This document shows, one piece after another, positions 19,105-32,803 of a stretch of DNA of 64,000 nt. The translations under genes and the position numbers were made by a program. The notes beneath the pieces are model-generated. The model searched no databases. It saw only the letters and a program-made list of their open reading frames with translations, and was not told where the DNA came from. Numbering within the stretch: the stretch's first letter is position 1; each line of letters starts with the position of its first letter. Source of the DNA: the human T2T-CHM13v2.0 reference genome, Homo sapiens; assembly GCF_009914755.1 (NCBI RefSeq), contig NC_060946.1, one strand, 5' to 3'.

Positions 19105-19160
19105 ATACAGCAGCAGCAACAGCAGCTGCAGCGAATAGCACAGCTGCAGCTCCAACAACA

Positions 19161-19201
<41 letters not shown>

Positions 19202-19455
19202 CTTTGCAGGCCCAGCCACCAATTCAGCAGCCACCGATGCAGCAGCCACAGCCTCCGCCCTCCCAGGCTCTGCCCCAGCAGCTGCAGCAGATGCATCACA
19301 CACAGCACCACCAGCCGCCACCACAGCCCCAGCAGCCTCCAGTTGCTCAGAACCAACCATCACAACTCCCGCCACAGTCGCAGACCCAGCCTTTGGTGTC
19401 ACAGGCGCAAGCTCTCCCTGGACAAATGTTGTATACCCAACCACCACTGAAATTT
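19105..19455 (+). CDS. MED15: MED15 exon 7 (polyQ, Q/P-rich)
   Basis: ctctag|ATACAG...AAATTT|gtgagt; 351 nt. Confidence 0.97.
19153..19200 (+). repeat. Coding trinucleotide repeat CAA CAA CAG CAA (CAG)12 = Q16
   Basis: Read directly; uninterrupted CAG from 19165 to 19200. Confidence 0.95.
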
Positions 19456-20272
19456 GTGAGTACCTGTGGCCCACAGTGGAGCACATGCAGCCCGTGGCTC
19501 TGTCAGCAGTAGTTTCTAGGCTCTTTGGCTAGAGATAGCATATCCTATTCTTCAAGTGCTGAGACTTCAGGCAGCCCCCACCCCTTGCCAGCCCTGCCGA
19601 CTCTAGCATGGCTCAGCAGGGAAGCATGTGTTTTGCATTTTGTGTTCTGAGAGCTGCTTCTGCACCCCGCACAGGGTACTGCTGCTGCTGCTGGGGCACC
19701 AAGTCGCATTCCAAGCAGTGTGGCTGATTGCAGCAGTTCTGTGGGCCCTTTCAGGGTGTGAGCACTTCGACTGATGAGCACCACATGAAAGGATGTGCCA
19801 GCTCCGTCAGTGTCTGGTGGTTTGCCAACTACTCAGAGTTAATGTTCTAAGCAAATATCTTTTTTTTTCCTTTACACTCTGCCAAGTCTCAGGAGAACAA
19901 AGTTCATTACTATATTTTTGAGAGGAGTATTAATATAAAATACTGTTATTCCTAGTTTCATTTTGTATCTCTGCACAAAGCCAGTCTACTCAGTGACAGG
20001 CACAGAGGACAGAGTATGATCACCAGGATGAAGGTAGCTGCATCAAGGGGCCATTTGGACAACTCTTTGGCTCGCTTGGTTTTTGTGGCCTTTTCTGTTT
20101 GTGATTCATGAGTGGAATGGGGCCTGAGGCAAGTGTGGGGGTGAACAAGAGGCCTCATAGGCAGACTGGAAGTCTAGGAGAGTTGTGAGGAGCAGATATG
20201 CTCACTCATCTGTCACCTGGGAGTCGACACACTGCCTGACCCCTGGGACTGTGCAGACTGAAACCCTTGTGT

Positions 20273-20418
20273 GCTGCATGGTGGAATGTGCCCTGGCAGG
20301 GTTTGCCCTAGTGGCTTGGAGATGTCTAAGGAAGAGCCCGCTGCATGTTGGAATGTGCCCTGGCAGGGTTTGCCCTGGTGACTTGGAGATGTCTAAGGAA
20401 GAGCCCCCTGCATGGTGG
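20273..20418 (+). repeat. 67-bp tandem repeat, ~2.2 copies
   Basis: gctgcatg(g/t)tggaatgtgccctggcagggtttgccct...gtctaaggaagagccc starting at 20273 and 20340. Confidence 0.9.
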
Positions 20419-20507
20419 CGCGGGCCTGTCTCGTCCTTCTGGAGGCCCCTCCATGCAGTGGCTCCACAGTTGCCCCTTTTGCCCAAGTTTGCCCCCCACC
20501 CCCACTT

Positions 20508-20778
20508 TTTTCTTTTGAAGACAGGGTCTCTGTTTTCCAGGCTGGAGTGCACTGATGTGATCAGACCTCCCTGCTCAAGCGATTCTCCCACCTCAGCCTC
20601 CCAAGTAGCTGGGGCTGCAGGTGTGCATCCCCACACCTAGCCAAATTTTTGTATATTTTGTAGATACGGGGTTTGGCCGTGTTGCCCAGGCTAGTCTTGA
20701 TCTCCTGGGCTTAAGCGATCCACTGGCCTTGGCCTCCCAGAATGCTGAGAATACAGACAGGAGCTACTACGCCCTGCC
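20508..20778 (-). mobile_element. Alu (AluJ-like)
   Basis: Diverged antisense Alu. Confidence 0.8.
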
Positions 20779-21161
20779 CTCTGCTGGCCGGCTAACCCAG
20801 CTTTCCTTCAAGGAATCAGGCTGAGTGAAGCTCTTGTGGACCATCAGCATGCTTGGCCCAGAGGATGAGCAGGCTAGGCTGTAAGCTCTGCATTGGAAGT
20901 CGTCAGTGCTTGTGGTGATAGCTGGTGCTGAGGGATGTGTGGAGACATCCCAGTGGGAGGGCCACATTGCCACTTGCCAGAATTGGATTTGAGCTAATGG
21001 GATCCTAGATGGCCAGTAAGGTGACATCACAGCACATGAGGTCATGAAAGTCCCATTCCTCACCTCAAGAAAGGCTCCATTTCCTAAGCTTCCACAGGAA
21101 GACTAGGCTCTGCTCTCTGACCCAGGTGGTTCCAAATCACATTCTCTCTTTCTCCCTCAAG

Positions 21162-21272
21162 GTCCGAGCTCCGATGGTGGTGCAGCAGCCCCCAGTGCAG
21201 CCCCAGGTGCAGCAGCAGCAGACAGCAGTACAGACAGCTCAGGCTGCCCAGATGGTGGCTCCCGGAGTCCAG
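21162..21272 (+). CDS. MED15: MED15 exon 8 (VRAPMVVQQPP...APGVQ)
   Basis: ctcaag|GTCCGAGCT...GTCCAG|gtgagg; 111 nt, phase 0-0. Confidence 0.95.
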
Positions 21273-22576
21273 GTGAGGGCCTGGGGGTGGAGGGCTCCAT
21301 AGTCATCAGCAGGTGCATGTTCACCTGCGCATGTAGTGCTACAGTGAGGGTTCTGGTTGGATTAGGGGCTGGGGGCTAAGTTGGTAAAGCAGGGGCTTCT
21401 CTCCCCCTTGCACTCTGCAAGACACCCCTGGAGTCCTTGGGGTGGGCAGCTGTGCTTGGTCATGTCTAGGACCCACCAGCCGCATAGTGCGTGTCGTTTC
21501 CAGCTTTGCTCGGGCATCCTTCATTATCCCTCTTCCTTGCCACTCTGAGTGACTCTGGGAACATGTATCAGAGAGTAGAAGGCTGCAGTTTTCTCCTCAC
21601 CTCTCATCTTCCATTTGAGAGTCTGAGTACAGAGCTGACCAGGGTGGAGGGCAGCTTTCTAGACACTCGGAAGCAGATGGGAGCCACATGCAGCAGGAGC
21701 GTGGGAGAAGGCATCCTGGTGCTCGCCTGCACTCAGGGACTCCGGCGCTGTGTGGTGAGAAGCGTGCCACTCCCACATTGCTGAGCTTGCTGGTGTGTCA
21801 CATGTGTGGAATGTGTGTGTGTCTCTGTGTGTCACGTGTTAGTGGAATGCAGATGGCCTTGTCTGGCCTCCTAGTGTCCTGGGATTGGAGGCCCAGGGTT
21901 TCTGTACCTTTTCCTATAACCCCTCCTCTCCTTCTTGTGGGGAGACGTACAGTCTGGGGCTTCAGTTTTTCCTCTTTTCACATGATGGTGGAAACACTGT
22001 TGGTCCTGACTCGGAAGGGGCGTTGGCTTTAGAAAGAGTCAGAATGTGCTAGTTGATGTGGTAAGACTGTGGCTGGGTCCCAGCCCACAGCTGGCAGTGC
22101 GCCTGCACTTTGCTGTCGTCTTAAGGGTACCTGGCCTTGTGGTTTTCTGCAGGCCTGCTGGGCGCAGCGCCTGGGTGCACAGTGCCTCGTGGCAGGCTTC
22201 ATCTCACGCTTGGGGGGTGCTCAGTAATGTCCTTCATGGTGCCTGCTACCTCTTTTAAGTCCCTGGGAAGCTGCCTGAGGAGGGAATCTGAGGTATTTGG
22301 CTGCAGCTGAGGTTAGCATCCTACCTTGGCAGGGCACCAAATGACTTGGGGCCAGGGTCCCCATGTCACATTCTTACTTAGGTGGAGCCCTGTATGAAAC
22401 ACACCACAGAACTCACATTTACTTACAGCTGGGGGAGGCTGACCACTTCGTGTGATGAGGTTGGAGGTCTCTGCCACCTCCCTGTGTGTCTCGGCATGTC
22501 CTCAGGCCTCGTGGGGGGGCTCCCTTGTCCTGGTCTCATGCAGAGGAAGGACGTGGTGTGTTCAGAGTCAGCTTAG

Positions 22577-23704
<1,128 letters not shown>

Positions 23705-24310
23705 AACTTTCCTTTTCTTTCCATTTCTTGGTATTTGGAAAGTGAATAGCCATGGAGCAGCCAGTGTTTTCAGCTGGTGCAGGCCCAGCTGGTATGTTCG
23801 TTAGGCTTCTAGCTCAAGGAAGTGTCCACTCTGCAGTCTCACTGGCATCCCATCACCGTCCAGAAGCAGGATGCCAGCTGTGTGTGCTCATGGCCCATGC
23901 TGAGCCTGTCCTTGGGCCACTGGTCTTCCTGTCGGTTTCTCCACCCCTTGTTTCAGGTGGAGGTCCCCGCCCGACTGGCACAGGAAGGAGGATGGAGAGT
24001 GGTTACCACTGTGGTTCGTTGCTGAGTGAGTTTGATGTTTTAAGGATCATTGCCCACCTGCCCTGTGGCACCATGTGCTGCCATGCAGGGGATTCCCAAG
24101 TGCTAGTGGCAGAGGATCCTTGTAGTTTCTCAAAGTCCAGCAGTGGGTAGGGCGTATCTATGAGGTGCTTCTCAGTCCAGATGTGGCACCTTGAAATTCT
24201 GTAACCCGCATTCTGCTGGTTTTCTCTCAGAGCTTGGTCTTGCCTTGTTGCAAGCAGTGCAGTTTCTTGGGGGCTAATTGGGCACCCTCACTGCCTTGTT
24301 CCACCAATAG

Positions 24311-24326
24311 CAGCGCCCCCTGCTGG
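24311..24326 (-). promoter_or_regulatory. CTCF core motif CCAGCAGGGGGCGCTG in MED15 intron 8
   Basis: + strand cagcgccccctgctgg is a near-perfect CTCF consensus. Confidence 0.7.
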
Positions 24327-25268
24327 GGGATGGGGAGGGTTGGGCACAGCAAGCCCTCTGAGGGGCCATCTGGATTCATGATCTTCTTTTGAAACTTGAA
24401 TTGGCACAGTGACCAGCTGAGGCTACGGTACTCTGATCTAAAAACTTTAAAAGTATGTGTGGTAACTGTAGAACCCAGAAAGTGGAGAGGAACAGAAGTA
24501 AGAGAACCATTCCATGAGAGAGAAGGTCTGGTGTCCTTTCTGGTTGTTTCCCATAGTCAAGGTCATGCTATCCTGGGGTTTTTTGTGCAGCATCTTCCAC
24601 ATCAATAGGGGATGAAATGTTCTCCTTTAATTAGAAAGCCCTGGTCGGCACCAAGGAACTCTTGTCATACCCCTCTGTGAATGTCTCTTGCCATCCTCAG
24701 TTACCATCTTGTTCTTGGACCTTGTAATAATTTCCGATTTTTTGCTATTACCAGTGACACATATCTTGATGTCTTAGATTGTTCCTGGAGCTGATGGAGG
24801 TGAGTGAATGGTTCACTTTGAGGGCCTTCAGATCTGATCAGCCACCCTCTAACCAGGAGGTCAGAGATGCAGATTGGAGCTCCCCTTGTGTTGTTCACAC
24901 AGTGGACATCAGGACGTGGTGACCACGTGTTGCAGCTTTGTATGTATGAGCTGCCGCGTGCTGCGGAAACAGGCCTCTTGAGTTCATGAATGAAATTCTG
25001 GGATTGGGGGCCCCCATGCAGGCAGCCCTCCATGCCCTGTCTCTCAAGCCCATCTTAGAGCCGAAGAGAGGCGCCCTGTCAGGCCCTTGCAGTACTGTGG
25101 TGTTGGATGTGGTAAAGGGTAGCCTGGGACTGAGTATTCTAGAAAAATTGCTCAGCCTTGTGCTGTGCATACCTGGTTCTCTTTCCAGTGTTATTTATGT
25201 AGCTGAGAAGGGCAATGTCACCCACAAGGGGATTTAGCAGGACACAGCAGACTTCTTTTTCTCCCCTA

Positions 25269-25952
<684 letters not shown>

Positions 25953-27757
25953 TAACGTTCTATTCTTTTAGTATGTGAAAACCAAACTCTAATTTACAAG
26001 TCACAAAGAATTATCCAAGACAGACTCCCATTATGGACATGTATGTGGCATTGCTGATTCACAGCTACTGTACCGAAGCCTTGGCCACCCTGGAGGACCC
26101 TCTCTCTTTTTGCTGGACCCTTCTGCACAGTGACTGCAGTAGGGAGAGTCAGACCTGGGGGTGGGGGAGAGGTTTTTTGGATTCCTCTCTGGGTAGATGT
26201 GTGTTGGGAAGTAGTGAAATGTTGATAGCTGCCTGGCTCATCTGATCCAGTAAACATAACTGGTGCGTTTGGGTTGAAAGAAATTGGGCTTTCCTTATCA
26301 GTTCTCAGTTATAAGAACATCAGTCAGCAGTACATTAGACTTAAGCTTTGCATTCCTTGCGTTTTTTTGTTTGTTTTTCTCTTCCTGGAAAAAAGTTTGC
26401 TTCTCTCATACCATCTGACTTACTTCCAGGCTTTTCTCCCTTGTGGAACGAGTGCCGTTGAGCCCTGCTGCACTCTCAGACGGGCTCCTCCGAAGTGCCG
26501 CAGGTGGTGGTAAATCGACTCTCACCCACTGGGGTCGCTCCTTCGTGTCTCCCCCCGGTCGGTTCATCTGTTGCTCTGGCTGCAGGAGGAACGAGTGAGC
26601 TTCTGGTCGGCGTCTGCCATGCCGTGTCACCCCGGCTTCTGGCACCTCCTGTGCGTGCCCAGGATTGTGAATGTGGGCCGTGTGTGTGAGGCCACGGGTC
26701 TCCCTGCAGCCACTCTCCTGCTGGAGCTCTGTTACTGGCACCTGTCGCTGCCTGCACCGAAGGCTGGCAGCACCTCCTGGAGCTTGGGACCCAGAGCACA
26801 GCCTCCCACCATGAGATGTGTTGTTTTTCTGTGGATCAGTCCTCCTTTCTTTCTGAGCCTGGCGTGTTTTGTTCTAGTTTGTTACCGTCCTAAGTGCCTG
26901 TAGGCCCTGCTCTCCAGGGACGAGACTCGGGCTCTACCCCCAACTCAGAACCCAGAGCAAGAGTGGTCGGGCCCGGGCCCACAACAGTGCTCAGCTGTCC
27001 TGCTGCCTTTGTAGTTCAAGAAGTGTCCATTGATGAGGGGAATGGTCCTGGCTCATGCTGGAGTTCCTGACTCGCATCCCTGTGGAGATGAACTTCCTCG
27101 TCAGGGCGGAGGCCTGCCAAGCAGTCCCCCCAGGCTTCTCTTGCTCACCTTTGCCCATTTTTATTATGAAAGAAAACCAGTTCCTTGATAGATACCAGGA
27201 CCATCAGCCTCAGGCCTGGAGGAGGAGAGGAGGATGATTTGGGTTCGGGCTGTAAGAGGTGTGCCACTGAGAAGGAGGGATGCTGTGAGCAGGCTTAACT
27301 GAGCTCATGGTTCAGTGGGAGTTGAGTGTTCTCATCACAGGCTTTGGTGGAATGTACTCTTGACATCTGTCCCCAGGAGCCTGGTCTCCAGAAACACCAG
27401 CTCAGGCCCTCAAGGTCTGGCTCTGATGGTTCTGTGGGCTACAGGATTCTGATCTGTTAGCGAGGTGTGTTCAGAAGTGTGTTGAGGACACCAGTGCAGG
27501 AGAGCAACCAGTAGAACAGAAAGGTCTGGAAGCAGCATTCTTGGCAAATCTTCTAGATTCCCAATGCCCAGACAGACCTGGAGGTGCTGTGGGCTTGAAC
27601 ATGTGGGTGGCCTCCCCTCCCAGGCTGCCCCGAGCTGCCCAAGGTTTCCTTGCCCTGGTGCTCCTTCTTGCAGAGGCTACACGTGCCCTCTCCACCTGCC
27701 CAGGCACTGAGTTTCTTTGTTGCGATCACCTTGTCTGTTGTCCCTCTGTCCTCAAAG

Positions 27758-27877
27758 ATGATCACGGAAGCCTTGGCCCAAGGTGGGATGCACATAAGAG
27801 CCCGGTTCCCGCCTACCACCGCTGTGTCCGCCATCCCGTCAAGCTCCATCCCTTTGGGCAGACAGCCCATGGCACAG
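27758..27877 (+). CDS. MED15: MED15 exon 9 (120-nt symmetric exon, MITEALAQGG...QPMAQ; cassette)
   Basis: ctcaaag|ATGATC...GCACAG|gtattt; phase 0-0; weak donor; consistent with the known 40-aa-shorter isoform. Confidence 0.93.
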
Positions 27878-28164
27878 GTATTTACGGGGCAGCGCCCAGG
27901 GCACGGCTGGGAGCTCGGGGCGTCCTCTGAGCGCCTTTGTAAAGCGCACCTGTCATTATCATCGCCGGTGACTTCTTTTATGGTGGCTTTCAGAGTGCCA
28001 AACCCACAGTCCCTTTTTTTTTTTTTTTAAATGAAGCCAAGCCCAGCTTGTGCTTGTTGAGAGGATATGAATAAATATCTGGGTCTTTTCAGCTTAAAAT
28101 AGTTATACTGTACGCATTTTCATGGTAAAAATAAAACAGAAGCTAAGCAAAAGTTTTGCTTTCT

Positions 28165-28595
28165 AGAGCTGTGCTATCTAATAGTGTAGCCACTAAGCAT
28201 GTGTGGCTGTTTACATTTAAATTGACTAAAATTAGGCCGGGCACAGGGGCTTATGGCTATAATCTCAACACCTCAGGAGGCCGAGATGGGAGGATCACTT
28301 GAGGCCAGGAGTTTGAGACCAGCCTGGTTCACATAGCGACATACTATCTCCAATTAATTATATACATTTTTTAATGGAAAATATATATATAAATGTATAT
28401 ATATTTTAAAAACAAAAAAAACCCTAAAAGTCAACTAAAATTAAATAAAATGAAAAAATGCAGTTCTTCAGTCGCACCAAATAAATTTTAAGCCCTCATT
28501 TGCCCACAGGGAAGCTAGTGGCTGCTGCAGTGGACAGCACAGACTCCAGAACGTGGCCAATGTGGCCAAAGTGGTATTGGGCCATGCTGTTGTAG
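28165..28595. mobile_element. MER3/MER33-like DNA transposon split by an Alu monomer (28235-28350)
   Basis: ctgtgctatctaatagtgtagccacta...aaattaaataaaatgaaaaaatgcagttcttcagtcgcac. Confidence 0.65.
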
Positions 28596-30427
28596 AGTTT
28601 GATGTGTAGAGTGTGTAATTTGTAACACAGATCCCCTTTCTAGGTAGAGGTAGACTTCTGTGTACATTATGCTTTTCAGAGACAGGAATTCCCGGCTTCT
28701 TTTATTGTATGAAATTTGGAATTACTCCATGGCATAGTCATTTTTTTAACAAATAGTTACCACATGCATTCTGTGTGCCAGGCACTATGCTAAGATTCTG
28801 AGAATAAAATTATGCTGAAGTTCTCTCATCATACAGGCTTTCCATTTTAGTGGGTTTGTCGTGAAAACATCAAATTTGCCAAAAGAACTTTACAATTCAG
28901 TTTCTGTTTTAGGGGAAATGCCTCTATAATCCTAGCAGACAGTGGTCCCTGTCCATCCCTGAACGCCCAGGTGCAGGCACTGCCACCACCCTGGCTTGTG
29001 CAGTGGCGTCTCTGCAGCTCTGTTCTACACAGGAAGAAGTGGAGGCTGAGCCAGGATGGCCCTTGGTCCATGTGGCCCCAAGCCTGGTGCCACACACCAC
29101 ACACTGCCAAGAAAGTGGCCTGGGCCCCCACTGGGGCATGTTTAGCTTTTGCCTTCCCTGCATACTAACCCCCTGGGTTACCCCAGATGTGCCATTCACA
29201 TAGTTACTGACTGGAACTTAGTTTCTTTGGCAGGGACTTCCTTTTTAGTAGTTGTTGAATTACAGCGGGAGGAAGTGCCTGGAATCTGCTGGTAGAAAGG
29301 CTTTGGTGAAAGAGCTCTCCAGAGGAGCGGAAGTTGGGGGTCAGGAAGTAGGTTGTGTGGCTGTGGTGGAAAGGAGGCCAGTGTGGGCAGAAGCCAGGGT
29401 GCAGTTCCCCATGGCCTGGAGGCTGTGAGTTCCACGACCTGCTCACATGCCGCTGGTGTCTCCTTGACTAGACCCCTTTCGGTTCTGCACTCTTGTCTGC
29501 TAAAACTGCTTCTCCTCCTTTCCCATAGCCTCTGGCACAGTATCCACTGGGTTCACAGAATCAGGTTGGGTTGCTGTATGTGGAGGAATGACTTTAGTAG
29601 CAGCATGTAGGACTGATTTTTATAAACACAAAAAGTCCCCAATGTTTTCAGTGTGCGATATGTGCCAGGCCTTGAGCTAAGCTCTTTGTGTACAGAGCCT
29701 CACTGTTTCTTGTTGTAGCAGGTCATAGTTTGAGCATTTAGCCCCTTTTACAGACTAAGAGTGCCCCCAGGGAGCCACCAAGTCAGGATCGAGGGCTCAA
29801 GTGAAACCCTTATGCCTTGGCCTCTCAGCAGGATTCTTCTGGAAACTCCTCACTCCCCTTCCTGCTGGGCTGATGACCTGGCTTCTCCTTCTTGTTTACT
29901 AGGCACTCCTGGGTGGGCTCCCTCCATGCCCCCACAAGACCAGGCTCTGTCCTGGGCTTTGGCTTGCCCATACTCTGTTGTGGGCTGGCCACTCCCCACA
30001 CCCAGCTGCTGGTGTTTCCACCTAGACTTCTCACAGGCAGCCCCTCCCTCCCTCCCTCCCTCCTTCCCACCAGTTCCCAAACCCACTCAGTCTTTCCCTC
30101 CCCAGCCTTCCCTGGCCCTTAGATTAAGTCTGCCCTGAGTTATGCCAGCTAATAGGTCTCTCTCTCTCTAGAAGCTTCCAACCCCCAAAGGCAAGGAGGT
30201 AAGGTGGAGCAGAGGAAGGATAGAGAAATATATGATGAAGCTGAAAAAGTTATTGCCTTGGAATAAATGCCATGGAGAATTCTGGTTTGTCCTCATTGCA
30301 CTGTGTGGGGTGAGAGCGCTCTCATGGGAAGATGCTGGCTAACTGCACACAGATTTAATCACCAGGCCCCGCCCATTCGCACTGGCAGTGAGAGGCACAC
30401 CCCTGAACCTTTGGGGTTGTTCACTGA

Positions 30428-30935
<508 letters not shown>

Positions 30936-31848
30936 TGAGGGAGGGAGAAAAGCGAATAGAGGGACACCCTGGAGTGGAAGCCTCCCTACTGCCCAGGCAG
31001 CTGCTCTGCAGCCCTCTCTGGTCCTGGCCTTCCCCGCAGAGGGCCCTCCCCAGCTCAGCCCTCTACGTTGGGCTGCAGTACCAGGCTCTTGGTACAGTCT
31101 CCCACACCTGGCTGTGGGCCAGCCTTGGGGACGTGAGGCATGCTGGGCCCCGTGTACCAAGGGCATTCACCTGACCACACCAGGTGGCTCCAGAGGTGTG
31201 CCTCTGCTTTTGTGTCAGTATCTTTCAATCCAGTCCCTTCCGAGAAAAAGAGAGCTTATCTCAGGAACGTATCTGTTGATCTCACCAGGAATTGCCCCAC
31301 TGTGTCCCATCTGAGCTCTCAGGGGCCAGAACCTGCTGTCTCCAGTGTGTCCAGATGGCCACTCTGTGGCCACTGTCCCTCCAGCCACTTGCCCTCAGCA
31401 GTCAGCAGGACACAGTCTGGAGACTACACTGCCCATTTGCTCTTGCTCTTTCCTTGTGGCAACAAATTAGGTCCAAGAAAACAGGTGGAGCTGAAAGAGG
31501 GAATGTACGTGCCCCATGGGCTCTTCTCCAGAGGGCAGGGCCCAGGCTCCCTCCCTCTGTCTTGACGGCTCATGGCTGCATCTTCCTGTTACGGTGGGCA
31601 TGCCTCACGGACTCAGGCTACCAGGTCAAGCAGGATTCTGTGCTGGGTGCATTCTGGACACAGTGCTCAGCACGGGGGCCCAGGGGGTGGCATGGCCCAT
31701 GCCACAATCCTCCCTTGGCAGATGTAAGCAGGCAGTGTCTTTCTCACTAGGGGCTTGTCCTTTGACTAGAGAGGCACTGTTGCCTCCCTGTTCCCTGCTC
31801 CAATCCCAGACCTGACATGAGACCAAGGACTGGGAGGTTTCTTTCTCG

Positions 31849-32803
31849 CCTCTCTGGCTGCCTCCCCAGAGCCTAGAGCCTGTCTTTGGATGAGTCTTTG
31901 CAGGGGCTGCTTCTCATCCCAGGTGCTGGACTTGGACTGCCCACCACTGACACCTGGGCACAGGGCCTGGCTTCCTGCTCTCGTGCTCTTGGAAATGAAT
32001 GGGTGCCCTTCATTTGTTTTTCTTCCCACTAGAAATCTCCCTGCCTCCCATCCTCTGGGCTCTGCTGGCTGCCAGCTGCCAGGGTGAGACCCGTGTTCCA
32101 CTGCACCCTGGGGAGTGCCTCCAGGGGACACACTGAGTGCCGGAGCCAGGAGCAAGGAACGGTTCCCAGTATGTGGGGGCGGGGGTGGGGATCGCGCAGT
32201 GCCGCCAGCCTTGCCTGAGGGTTCCTCTGTGAGATGGAGCTCCCTGGACCAGCCTTTCTGCCCTCCCACCTCCTCTCTGGCCCACTCGGTGTCCACCTGC
32301 CTTCAGCTCCAGGCTGCTGTGTGGGTCCCTTTCCCAGAAATGCAGTTCAGGCCATTGTTGCTGGGGTGGTGGTGTTGCTGGGGTGTTGATGTTTAGCGTG
32401 CCTGAGCTCCCTTCATCACTAGGATGACCTTGAGCAAGTCACTTCCCTCTGAGCTCCCTGTTCCCAACCTGTGACACACAGGTGACAGGTGGTGTGCACT
32501 CAGAAACTCCTTCCCTAGGATGTGTGACATTCTTGTCCTGGGGCCTTTGCTAGCTGTGACACACCGGCGCCCGACCTCTCTGGCTGCCTCCCTAAAGCCA
32601 GTTGTGTCTTCAGATGAGTCTTTGGGGGGCTGCTTCTCATCCCAGGTGCTGGACTTGGACTGTCCACCACTGACACCTGGGCACAGGGCCTGGCTTTCTG
32701 CTCTTGTGCTCTTGGAAATGAAAGGGTGCCCCTCGTTTGTTTTTCTTCCCACTAGAAATCTCCCTGTCTCCCATCCTGTAGGCTCTGCTGGCCACCAGCT
32801 GCC
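31849..32803 (+). repeat. ~230-bp direct repeat, two copies (31849-32080 and 32575-32803)
   Basis: Near-identical blocks; paired ORFs share GCFSSQVLDLDCPPLTPGHRAWL. Confidence 0.92.

Noticed and set aside
26290-26420. Possible intronic snoRNA or miRNA in intron 8
   Set aside because: No paired C/D or H/ACA boxes and no clear hairpin identified by eye.
32175-32190. G-rich run as a G-quadruplex
   Set aside because: Only three adjacent G-tracts; not canonical.
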